64,000 nt of DNA from Candidatus Woesearchaeota archaeon (GTDB lineage: Archaea > Nanobdellota > Nanobdellia > SCGC-AAA011-G17 > GW2011-AR18), in the NCBI GenBank assembly GCA_018302545.1, contig JAGVZM010000003.1, positions 111,680 through 175,679 of the forward strand, read 5' to 3'. The position numbers and the translations under genes were made by a program. Below, piece after piece: positions 55,655 through 63,478 of the stretch (positions are counted from its first letter, which is position 1; each line of letters starts with the position of its first letter). The notes beneath the pieces are model-generated. The model worked only from the letters and a program-made list of their open reading frames with translations. It ran no database searches and had not been told where the DNA came from.

Positions 55655-56299
55655 ATGAACAAAAAAACAATATTATTAATTTTATTGGTAATCTCGTTAA
55701 TGCCAATTGTAAAAGCTGAGGGTTTATCCTATTCAGTATCATTAAATTATGATTCAGGAAGTATATCATTAAAAGATATAAAATTAGTCCAGATTAACTC
55801 ACAAAAAGTATTTACAAAAGGAGAATATAATATAAAAATCATATCTTTTAAAAATGAAGTTTTATACCAAACAACATTTAATACAAATTTAGAGATATAC
55901 CCTAGTTTACCTGTTAGCAGAAAAGATATACCTCAAGCTAAAAAAACAGACAAATTCAGTATGGATTTAATACTCCCTTATTATAAAAACGCTAAAGCTA
56001 TTGAAATATCAAAAAATGATAAATTTGTATTAAAAATAGATTTAGAACAATTTTCTGTATGCAATGAAAATAATATCTGTGACAGTCAAGAATCTTTAAT
56101 TTCTTGCCCATCAGATTGTACGTGTGGAAATAATATTTGTGATTCAAATGAAAATTATCAAATATGTTCCAGAGATTGTAATTATGAAGAGAAATCAAAT
56201 TTATTGATTTACATCGCAATATTAATAGTATTAATTATTGTTGTTCTTATATTAGTTTGGAAATTTGGAAATAAGAAAAAATTGAAAAGAAAGTTTTAA
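55655..56299 (+). CDS. Surface protein with a Cys-rich NxxCDxxE repeat and a C-terminal TM anchor
   Basis: Signal peptide. CNENNICDSQESLISCPSDCTCGNNICDSNENYQICSRDC, then the TM LLIYIAILIVLIIVVLILVW and a basic tail. Confidence 0.55.
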   Translation: MNKKTILLILLVISLMPIVKAEGLSYSVSLNYDSGSISLKDIKLVQINSQKVFTKGEYNIKIISFKNEVLYQTTFNTNLEIYPSLPVSRKDIPQAKKTDKFSMDLILPYYKNAKAIEISKNDKFVLKIDLEQFSVCNENNICDSQESLISCPSDCTCGNNICDSNENYQICSRDCNYEEKSNLLIYIAILIVLIIVVLILVWKFGNKKKLKRKF

Positions 56300-56417
56300 A
56301 ATATCTATTACGTACCAGCCAAAATTCTTTTTTAGGCATACAAAACCAACTAATTTAAGATTATTTAAAATAATCGATAAAATTTCATCTCAAAATTGGT
56401 GCTTGTTAGTAATAAAA

Positions 56418-56837
56418 TTAAGAAATTATTTTCAAAAATTCTTCAGGTGATAATATTTTAATATCCCTAAATTTCTTAAGTACAAGTAAATGTTTTTTAT
56501 CATTACTAATTATGTAATCAACTTTTCCTTCTACAGCAGCCTCAATAAATTTATTATCGTCTGGATCGTTCTTAACTATAAACAATGTTTCTTTAGGATT
56601 AACTATCTTTGCCATTGTTAATAATTTTTGTAATAAATTAACTTTTGCTTGTTGATAAGCATCTGTTTTCTCTAAAATTTCTTCTGAGTAAATAATTTTC
56701 TCATATTCTTCAAGTATCGGAAGAGAAACAATAATTTTAATCTTATTTTCATTCACAAGTTTAAGAATTTGATAACTTGCTCCAGTCCAAAATGTTCCAC
56801 TTACAACTACATTTGTATCAAGGACAACAGTAATCAT
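56418..56837 (-). CDS. PIN-domain toxin (VapC-like)
   Basis: The VVLDTNVVVSG acidic motif, with DPDDNKFIEAA and ISNDKKHL. Confidence 0.75.
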   Translation of the reverse strand: MITVVLDTNVVVSGTFWTGASYQILKLVNENKIKIIVSLPILEEYEKIIYSEEILEKTDAYQQAKVNLLQKLLTMAKIVNPKETLFIVKNDPDDNKFIEAAVEGKVDYIISNDKKHLLVLKKFRDIKILSPEEFLKIIS

Positions 56838-56840
56838 AAT

Positions 56841-57104
56841 TTATCCTCTCTTTCTTATTTTATGAACCAGATCATTAACATCATCTTCTCTAATCTTTTT
56901 CTTTGCTTCTCTTAAAGGTTTAGTAACTTCTTCCCAAGAAATATCTTCAATTTTTTTAATAATTAAAGAATCTCCCTCTAAAAGAAAAATTATTTTTTCT
57001 CCTTCTTTTAAATGCATTCTATCTCTTATTCCACTTGGAATAGCTACTTGTCCTCTAACACTTACAGTTCCGGTTTCTACAGCTTCAGGCATTTTAACCT
57101 CCAA
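56841..57104 (-). CDS. AbrB/MazE/SpoVT-family antitoxin
   Basis: VSVRGQVAIPSGIRDRMHLKEGEKIIF is a swapped-hairpin motif. It lies 3 nt upstream of the PIN gene. Confidence 0.75.
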   Translation of the reverse strand: MEVKMPEAVETGTVSVRGQVAIPSGIRDRMHLKEGEKIIFLLEGDSLIIKKIEDISWEEVTKPLREAKKKIREDDVNDLVHKIRKRG

Positions 57105-57238
57105 TCTTGCTTATCTTATTAATAAGATATATCTTGTATTTAAACATTTGTATTGTACTTCATTTAACTAAAAATTTAAGAAATAATTTTTCCTAATTTT
57201 TTATCAAAATCAAGTGTGCGCTTTCTCTTTAAGGAGTA

Positions 57239-57421
57239 AAGCGCGGGGAGGGACTTTCCAACCTCTAGGTTTTTTGCGAACGTTTTTCCTAAAAAGGTTC
57301 TTTGAACCCCCACTCGGTTGCTATCTTCTTATTATAGTATAATTAAACCATAACAAGCTGCAGGTTCAGCTCTGTTTGCTCAAGCTTACAGATCAACTGC
57401 CTTACCGTTGGGCCACCCGCG
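57239..57421 (-). tRNA. tRNA-Asn(GTT) with three predicted introns (anticodon stem ~30/31, canonical 37/38, T-loop ~59/60)
   Basis: The minus strand reads GCGCGGG TG GCCC AACGGTA AGGC A GTTG [36 nt] C TTGTTA [28 nt] A GCAAC CGAGT GGGGG TTCAAA [47 nt] T CCCTC CCCGCGC T. Removing the bracketed parts gives a 72-nt cloverleaf with a perfect GTTGC/GCAAC anticodon stem and a 7-bp acceptor. Exact junctions are ambiguous by 1 nt. Confidence 0.65.
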
Positions 57422-57551
57422 CATTAAGAAAAAACATAAGAATTTCATTTATATAACTTTCTTTATTTTAAAATATAAAATATAGTCTCAAAACATAAGT
57501 TTAAAACAAAAACAACAAGTATAAAAATCAAAACATTAAAATTTTTAAATT

Positions 57552-58163
57552 ATGCTTGAAAATAAGAAAAGAAAAGAGGAAATATATAATTTTTTATTAG
57601 AAATAGCTCAGGAATTATCAAAAAGAAAATTAGGAGCTCTAATGGTAATAGCTCCTAAGAGAAAGTTTAACAAAATTTATGAACCTTTATATCCGCAAAT
57701 TATAGCTAAACATCAGATTTTTGAAAAGGGAACCAGAGAATTAATATTAAACCTTGCAGAGCTCGATGGAGCATTCTTAATTGGTGATGATGGTACTTTC
57801 GTATCTTTTGGAGCAAGAATAAAAAAATCAAAAGCTCTTCCAGGTTATGGAACAAAACATGCTGCTGCAGTAGGAATCACAAAGCATATTAAAAATTCAA
57901 GTGCTATTTTAGTTAGTGAGGAAAGTGGGTGGGTAAAAATATTCAAAGATGGTAAAATAGTTTTAGAATTAGATTCAACAAAAAAATCACCCCAATTAAT
58001 GCATAAAGTTGTAAATTTTATTACAGATAATGACACTGCTTTAATAGCAACTGCAGGAGTCTCAGCAGCAATAACTGGAGTTTTACCTATAGTTATTGTT
58101 TCTGGAACTTATTTAGCAATAAAAACCGCTTCTGGAATAATTAAAAAAAGTTTAGGAAAATAA
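57552..58163 (+). CDS. Diadenylate cyclase (DAC/DisA_N) domain protein with a C-terminal membrane anchor
   Basis: GALMVIAP, LDGAFLIGDDG, GTKHAAAVGIT and VSEESGWVKIF correspond to the DAC motifs (DGA, RHR-like, SEE-G). The C-terminal hydrophobic segment is ALIATAGVSAAITGVLPIVIVSGTYLAI. Confidence 0.7.
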   Translation: MLENKKRKEEIYNFLLEIAQELSKRKLGALMVIAPKRKFNKIYEPLYPQIIAKHQIFEKGTRELILNLAELDGAFLIGDDGTFVSFGARIKKSKALPGYGTKHAAAVGITKHIKNSSAILVSEESGWVKIFKDGKIVLELDSTKKSPQLMHKVVNFITDNDTALIATAGVSAAITGVLPIVIVSGTYLAIKTASGIIKKSLGK

Positions 58164-58246
58164 TATACCTGACTGAGTTTCAGGATTAAAGATTTTTGAG
58201 ACATGATAATAAAATGAATTTCATAATTATTAAATTTTCTTTAAAT

Positions 58247-59476
58247 TTATTTTACAGAAGGAACATTGTTATCTTTAATTTTTGTATAAAGAAATATTGC
58301 TGGTATAAGTATTAAACCAGAAACAGATAAAGTTACAGCTGGTCCTAACTTATCAGCTAAGAACCCCACAACAGGAAACATAATTGCAGACATTATAGAA
58401 TTTAACATATTAACCATTGATCCTACAGTTGCTCTTATTTTATCAGGTATATTTTCTTGAAATATTATTGAACTTATTATTCTATACAGACCCAAAGGCA
58501 TTATTATAGAATATAAAATTGCAACCAAAATAAAGTTTTTAGCAAATAATACAAAAGAGAGTAATAATGCTTGAATACCAACTGCAATTATTAGACTCTT
58601 TTTATATCCCCCTAAAACTCTTATTGTTGGTTTCATAAAGTAAGGTACAATTATTTCTATTACAAAACTGGCAGAAACTAAGTAACCAATCCATTCAGCC
58701 TTTAACCCCAAATCTTGAAGTAAAGGAAACCATGTTATTTCACTTGTAAATGCAATAACTATTGTAATCATTAGACCTGCAATTAAAATTAATTTCAAAG
58801 AAGAATTATTATTCAAATAAAATGTTGATTTGTAAGCATGATTCCATATGCCTATTATTTTATTCTTTGTTTTTGCTTTTATAAAATACTCAGATTGAAA
58901 TAAAATTACTATAGCAGATAATAAAATTGTAAGTCCAGTAGCTGGCCATATTATCCCTAGTCCATAGCTTCCAACTAACAAAGAACCAAGAATTCCAGAC
59001 AAAACCATTCCAAGACTCATAAAACTATGTTTTTTTGCATAATATTCATGAATTAAATATTTTCTTTTTTTAAACTTTAGATAATCAATTATCCAAGCTT
59101 CATCAGATCCAGAAGTTAAAGTTTTGAATATTCCTCTAATAAAGAAAAGTATTAAAATTACATAAAAATTATCTGAGAACAAAACTAGTATCATAGATAT
59201 GCCCATGAGTATATCACCAGTTATTACTGAAAATTTTCTTCCAAATATATCTGCTATTATTCCAGTAGGAACCTCAAACAAAATATTTGCAATTAAATAC
59301 GCAGAAGCTAAAAAACCAATTTGAGTTAAGCTAAAACCAATTTCTCTAAAATAAAATACATAAAAAATTGGATATAACCAAAGTATGCTACCTACCAACA
59401 TACTTAAATAAGTCGGCCATAATAATCTTAATTCATCTTTTTTAAGTAGACTCATAAATTCCAAATTATCTATCAA
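58247..59476 (-). CDS. MFS transporter
   Basis: 12 TM-like helices and the loop 2-3 motif GIIADIFGRKF. Confidence 0.75.
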   Translation of the reverse strand: MIDNLEFMSLLKKDELRLLWPTYLSMLVGSILWLYPIFYVFYFREIGFSLTQIGFLASAYLIANILFEVPTGIIADIFGRKFSVITGDILMGISMILVLFSDNFYVILILFFIRGIFKTLTSGSDEAWIIDYLKFKKRKYLIHEYYAKKHSFMSLGMVLSGILGSLLVGSYGLGIIWPATGLTILLSAIVILFQSEYFIKAKTKNKIIGIWNHAYKSTFYLNNNSSLKLILIAGLMITIVIAFTSEITWFPLLQDLGLKAEWIGYLVSASFVIEIIVPYFMKPTIRVLGGYKKSLIIAVGIQALLLSFVLFAKNFILVAILYSIIMPLGLYRIISSIIFQENIPDKIRATVGSMVNMLNSIMSAIMFPVVGFLADKLGPAVTLSVSGLILIPAIFLYTKIKDNNVPSVK

Positions 59477-59516
59477 TATTTAACTCTTTTTACGATGAAA
59501 TTATATAAAATAATAA

Positions 59517-59636
59517 CGGGCCCGATGGGATTTGAACCCACGACCCTCTGCTAACTTCCTAGAAGCTAGAAGGCAGCTACGCCAAGTTTAAAATAAATTA
59601 AACTAGTATGCGCTATCCAGACTGCGCTACGAGCCC
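59517..59636 (-). tRNA. tRNA-Arg(TCT) with two predicted introns (5' strand of the anticodon stem ~27/28, and canonical 37/38)
   Basis: The minus strand reads GGGCTCG TA GCGC AGTCTGGATA GCGC A T [31 nt] CTGC CTTCTA [GCTTCTAGGAAGTT] A GCAGA GGGTC GTGGG TTCAAAT CCCAT CGGGCCC G. The second intron forms a textbook bulge-helix-bulge (CTTC/GAAG central helix with 3-nt bulges TAG and TTA). Confidence 0.75.
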
Positions 59637-59717
59637 GTATAACAAGAAAGAACCATCAGACAGTTTATAAAATTTACTAATCAAAATGTTTATATCCTAA
59701 TTAACAGTTAACCAAGC

Positions 59718-60878
59718 ATGCATTATAAACTCCATAAATTAAGGCTTCCTTTAAAGGGCATGCCCTATTTGACAACAATAGTTTTAATCAATACAATTGC
59801 AACAAGTATGCTTATCCCCATATTTCCTTTATATATAAAAAATTTCGTTTCTAATGATGCCACAGTTGGTTACGTCTTTTCATTAATGGCAGTTTTAATG
59901 ATAGTTTACACTTTAATAATAAGAAAAATACTTACTAAAGTAAAAAGATTAAATCTAATAAGAATTGGTTTTTTAGGATCTGCAATAAGTATATTAATCT
60001 ATACTATCATCTCTTCTATTTTTGAATTTTTAGCTTTACAATTTTTCAGAATATTTTTTGTAATTGCTATATACATATCCATAGGATTGTTTGTAAGGGA
60101 ATATGCAAAAAGAAAAGAAATCGGTCAATCAGAAGGAATGTATTTCACAACACTAAACTTAGGATTTCTAATAGGTCCATTAATAGGAGGGTTGATAGCT
60201 TCAACATATTCATTTAAACCAATATTCATTATAATTTCATCTGTCCAATTTTTAATCACTTTAATGTTACTTATAATCCCCCTAAAAGATACATCTACAA
60301 ACAATGAAAAAAATAAGCTACAAATATTGGACTTTTTTAAAAATAAACAATTATTATTAATATACATAATAAACCTAGGGTTAGTCTTTTGGTGGAATAT
60401 AATATATACTTATTTACCTCTATTCTCTAATAATCATGGGTTTACTGAAAGAGCAATAGGGATAGCCTTGTTTCTATCTGTTATTCCTTTGATTTTTTTA
60501 GAAATACCAATTGGAAAATTAGCAGATAAAAAAGGATTTAAAAAATTTATAATATTAGGTTTTATTATAATTGGGTTAATATCTTTATTGACTTATCTAG
60601 CAAACCCATTATACACAATAGGCATTATAGTTATAGCCTCTATTGGGGGAGCATTAATAGAACCCCTAACAGAAGCTTATTTTTTTAAAGAAGTAAAATC
60701 TAAGGAAGATCAAAATAAATTATTTCCTATATACAAAACATCTGCAGAAACAGGAGAACTAGTTGCTCCTCTAATATTTTCAACAGTTCTTATTTACTCT
60801 TCATTCAGGGGGGTTTTTGTATTTGCAGGAATATTGATGTTAGTTTTCGCTATAATAGCAACAAGATTAAAAAGATGA
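59718..60878 (+). CDS. MFS transporter
   Basis: About 11-12 TM helices with MFS-like loops (GKLADKKGFKK). Confidence 0.7.
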   Translation: MHYKLHKLRLPLKGMPYLTTIVLINTIATSMLIPIFPLYIKNFVSNDATVGYVFSLMAVLMIVYTLIIRKILTKVKRLNLIRIGFLGSAISILIYTIISSIFEFLALQFFRIFFVIAIYISIGLFVREYAKRKEIGQSEGMYFTTLNLGFLIGPLIGGLIASTYSFKPIFIIISSVQFLITLMLLIIPLKDTSTNNEKNKLQILDFFKNKQLLLIYIINLGLVFWWNIIYTYLPLFSNNHGFTERAIGIALFLSVIPLIFLEIPIGKLADKKGFKKFIILGFIIIGLISLLTYLANPLYTIGIIVIASIGGALIEPLTEAYFFKEVKSKEDQNKLFPIYKTSAETGELVAPLIFSTVLIYSSFRGVFVFAGILMLVFAIIATRLKR

Positions 60879-61450
60879 AATTTATAATTGAACATTTAGA
60901 AAAGGAAGTATATGATTGGTGTATAATTGAATATACTAACATATCTAAGATTGTAGGCAAAAATAATTTAATATTTACAAATATAAAATCAAAAAAAGAT
61001 AAAGAAATTCTAAAGAATCTAGGTGAAGTAAAAGAAGAATCTGTAATAAAATTAAAATTAAAAAATGCATGCTTGCTAGATCCCAAAGCACCTAAATCAC
61101 TAAATCCAACAGATAAATTTGACTACTTTATTTTCGGTGGAATATTAGGTGATTATCCAGAACAAGGCAGAACTGAAAAATATTTAACTAGTAAATTAAA
61201 AAATATAGAATTAAGAAATTTAAAAGAGTTTCAAATGTCAACAGATACAGCAGTTTTGACAACCTACAAAATAGTAAAAGAAAAAACTCCAATAGAAAAA
61301 ATAAACTTTATAGATAAACCAATAATAAAACTAAAAAATGGCAAATTTCAAGAGGAAATAGAATTACCCTATAGGTATATATTAAGAAATAATAAAGCAA
61401 TAATAAGTAAAAAATTAATAACTTATTTAAAAAATAAAGAAGACTTATAA
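60875..61450 (+). CDS. SFM1-like SPOUT methyltransferase (PF04252-type)
   Basis: MKFIIEHLEKEVYDWCIIEY ... CLLDPKAPKSLNPTDKFDYFIFGGILGDYP ... MSTDTAVLTT ... FIDKP ... LPYRYIL is collinear with yeast Sfm1 as I remember it. Confidence 0.65.
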   Translation: MKFIIEHLEKEVYDWCIIEYTNISKIVGKNNLIFTNIKSKKDKEILKNLGEVKEESVIKLKLKNACLLDPKAPKSLNPTDKFDYFIFGGILGDYPEQGRTEKYLTSKLKNIELRNLKEFQMSTDTAVLTTYKIVKEKTPIEKINFIDKPIIKLKNGKFQEEIELPYRYILRNNKAIISKKLITYLKNKEDL

Positions 61451-61506
61451 TATCTAATTTTAAGAACAATAATATTTAAATAAGCTATTAAAAAGCTTAA
61501 AATTTT

Positions 61507-62091
61507 ATGTTTCAAGAAACAATTGCACCTACGAGAAAAGGTATTGACCTTAGTTTTCTATTAAGTAGTGATTCAAAAATTCAAATGGATTATGAAATTT
61601 TGAGAGCAGATGATATGTTTCCAAAGCTTGCAAGTTTTGCAGATACAGTAGTAATAACTTTATTTGATGCTCTATTTTATTCATGGACCTCAAATCTAGA
61701 AGAAATTTTAACAACCAATGGAACAGTAGGATTAAAATGTTTAGATAAATCTAATGGACTTTACACTGCTAATACAGAAAGTAACAAAGTAACGATAAAA
61801 GTAGATTATAAAGATATATCTAGACAAGAATCAAAACCACAAAAAAGAAGAATAATAACCAGGATAGGAGGTTTCTATATCTATACTTCTGATGGACCAA
61901 GAGGTACTAACCAGTTTGGTGATGAGCAATCAGCAGATGAATTAAAAAATAGTTTTATAGCTTATGCTAGAAGTTCTGAATTAGATGTCTTAAAATCAAG
62001 AGCAAAGGTAAAAATACAGAAAGAACTAGAATGTAAGAAATATAGAACTCCAAATCTTCCAAGACAAATGAGAAGATACTATAAAGTATAG
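61507..62091 (+). CDS. Hypothetical protein (194 aa)
   Basis: ORF track only. Confidence 0.35.
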   Translation: MFQETIAPTRKGIDLSFLLSSDSKIQMDYEILRADDMFPKLASFADTVVITLFDALFYSWTSNLEEILTTNGTVGLKCLDKSNGLYTANTESNKVTIKVDYKDISRQESKPQKRRIITRIGGFYIYTSDGPRGTNQFGDEQSADELKNSFIAYARSSELDVLKSRAKVKIQKELECKKYRTPNLPRQMRRYYKV

Positions 62092-62154
62092 ATTTTATAT
62101 TATTAAGAGAATTCTTCCACAAATATAATAAACCCAAAAAAACACTGTTAATCT

Positions 62155-62886
62155 ATGCAAAAGATAAAAATATTTTTATTTGTATTAATTCCTGTATTTT
62201 TCATAATTGGATTACTAATTGGAACTCAATTAATTCCACAAAAAATTCAAAATATAGAAAGAATACAATCAAATATTAATTTAGAAAATACAAAAGAAAT
62301 GACTCTTTTAGGAGTAACTTCTGAAGGTAGAGGTATGCCAGTAAAAATGACTGTAGAAGTAAAACCAGGAAATGGATTAGTTCTAGTAAATATAGATAAT
62401 GTCTTAGCAGATTATCTAACACAATTAAGTGCAAGAACTGCAGCAAAAGTAGCTTCTAATATAACAAGAATAAGTCTTTCAAATATGGATGTTATATATA
62501 ATATAAAAGCAAATGCAGAAGTTGTGGCAGGACCATCTGCTGGAGCAGCCATGACAATAGCTACAATAGCAGCAATTCAAAATAAGGATATTGATCATAA
62601 TGTTTTAGTAACTGGTGGCGTTGATGAAAACGGAATAATAACCCAAGTTGGAAATATAAAAGAAAAAGCAAGAGCAGCAAAGGACATAAATGCAACAACA
62701 TTTATAATACCTCAAGCAGCTTATAATGTTGGTTATGAAAAAACGAAATCATGTAAAATCTTAGATAATTTAGAATATTGTCAAATACAATTTTTACCAA
62801 AAGAGGAGGATCTATCAAAAGCTTTAGAAATAAACACCTTGCCTATAAAAACAGTAGAAGAAGCAGCTAAAATAGTACTAAAATGA
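62155..62886 (+). CDS. Membrane-anchored Lon-type (S16) serine protease domain protein without an AAA+ module
   Basis: An N-terminal TM. GPSAGAAMTIATIAAI is the Ser nucleophile motif, with a downstream GNIKEKARAAKDINATTFIIP Lys motif. Confidence 0.7.
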   Translation: MQKIKIFLFVLIPVFFIIGLLIGTQLIPQKIQNIERIQSNINLENTKEMTLLGVTSEGRGMPVKMTVEVKPGNGLVLVNIDNVLADYLTQLSARTAAKVASNITRISLSNMDVIYNIKANAEVVAGPSAGAAMTIATIAAIQNKDIDHNVLVTGGVDENGIITQVGNIKEKARAAKDINATTFIIPQAAYNVGYEKTKSCKILDNLEYCQIQFLPKEEDLSKALEINTLPIKTVEEAAKIVLK

Positions 62887-63446
62887 AAAAGAAAAAACCA
62901 GATAGGTCAGAAATAATAATAGCTATTGTTATTATAATGTTAATAATTACAACAATTTACCTTTTAATATCCAATCAAAAAAATTTAGATAAGCTAGATA
63001 AATTAGGTAATAAACAAGAGTTACAATTATCAAACTTGCCGCTTGAAGAAAATCCTCTCTCATTGGAAGGTTACTCAAAAGTAAACATATCTGTTCAAAA
63101 CACTAGTTTAGTAATAAAATCAAATTGTACTGTTTTGAGTGTAGAGCCTCATCCATTACAAGTTTATTCTATACAACAAGCTTTGAATAAAGAGATTGAA
63201 ATAAGACCAATGAATCATGAAATAGTAGCGAGTATTTTAGAACATTTTAATTTAACTTTAGTTCTAACAAAAATAACAGATTATAAAGAAGGGATTTATT
63301 TTGCAAATATATACATAAAAAATGAAAATAGTTTATTAAATATAGATATAAAACCAAGTGATGCTATAGCATTATCTTTAAGGACAAACACGCCGATATA
63401 CATAAAAGATGCAACATTAAAAGAAAAAGGAACTAAAATATGCTAA
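62883..63446 (+). CDS. Bifunctional nuclease (DUF151/BFN) family protein with an N-terminal TM anchor
   Basis: HPLQVYSIQQAL...RPMNHEIVASILEHFNL ... IYFANIY ... IDIKPSDAIALSLRTNTPIYI matches DUF151. 4-nt overlap with the protease gene. Confidence 0.6.
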   Translation: MKKKKPDRSEIIIAIVIIMLIITTIYLLISNQKNLDKLDKLGNKQELQLSNLPLEENPLSLEGYSKVNISVQNTSLVIKSNCTVLSVEPHPLQVYSIQQALNKEIEIRPMNHEIVASILEHFNLTLVLTKITDYKEGIYFANIYIKNENSLLNIDIKPSDAIALSLRTNTPIYIKDATLKEKGTKIC

Positions 63447-63478
63447 AGTTTTTAAATACTTCTAGATTATGAAAAATC

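Noticed and set aside
57210-57246. A GCGCTTT...AAAGCGC 7-bp hairpin overlapping the 3' acceptor end of tRNA-Asn. I considered it a sign of a split or permuted tRNA.
   Set aside because: The 5' and 3' acceptor halves are present in normal order on one contiguous locus, so a split or permuted gene is not needed. The hairpin may simply be a 3' trailer or terminator structure.
57245-57300. A GGAAAGTCC string resembling the RNase P RNA CR-I/P4 motif (GAGGAAAGUCC), on the minus strand.
   Set aside because: It lies inside the predicted T-loop intron and 3' exon of tRNA-Asn. The downstream ~130 nt are AT-rich spacer running into the AbrB gene, with no room or sequence for the other conserved RNase P regions.
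916-61086. Many track ORFs that lie antisense to, or are nested within, stronger genes: 916-1137, 2066-2338, 2793-3011, 5039-5224, 5405-5623, 7539-7751, 9406-9678, 11027-11221, 13317-13538, 13731-13982, 15739-16050, 16459-16683, 18080-18343, 19597-19854, 21535-21741, 22764-22994, 23821-24075, 27196-27414, 28084-28407, 28909-29229, 30948-31316, 32237-32428, 32767-33045, 33332-33526, 35045-35278, 35625-35825, 38600-38815, 39596-39922, 42168-42431, 48019-48369, 51941-52159, 54776-54985, 55998-56219, 57845-58036, 60125-60367 and 60850-61086.
   Set aside because: Each overlaps a longer ORF on the opposite strand or in another frame that has clear family motifs. Their translations are low-complexity products of AT-rich antisense sequence with no recognisable motifs.
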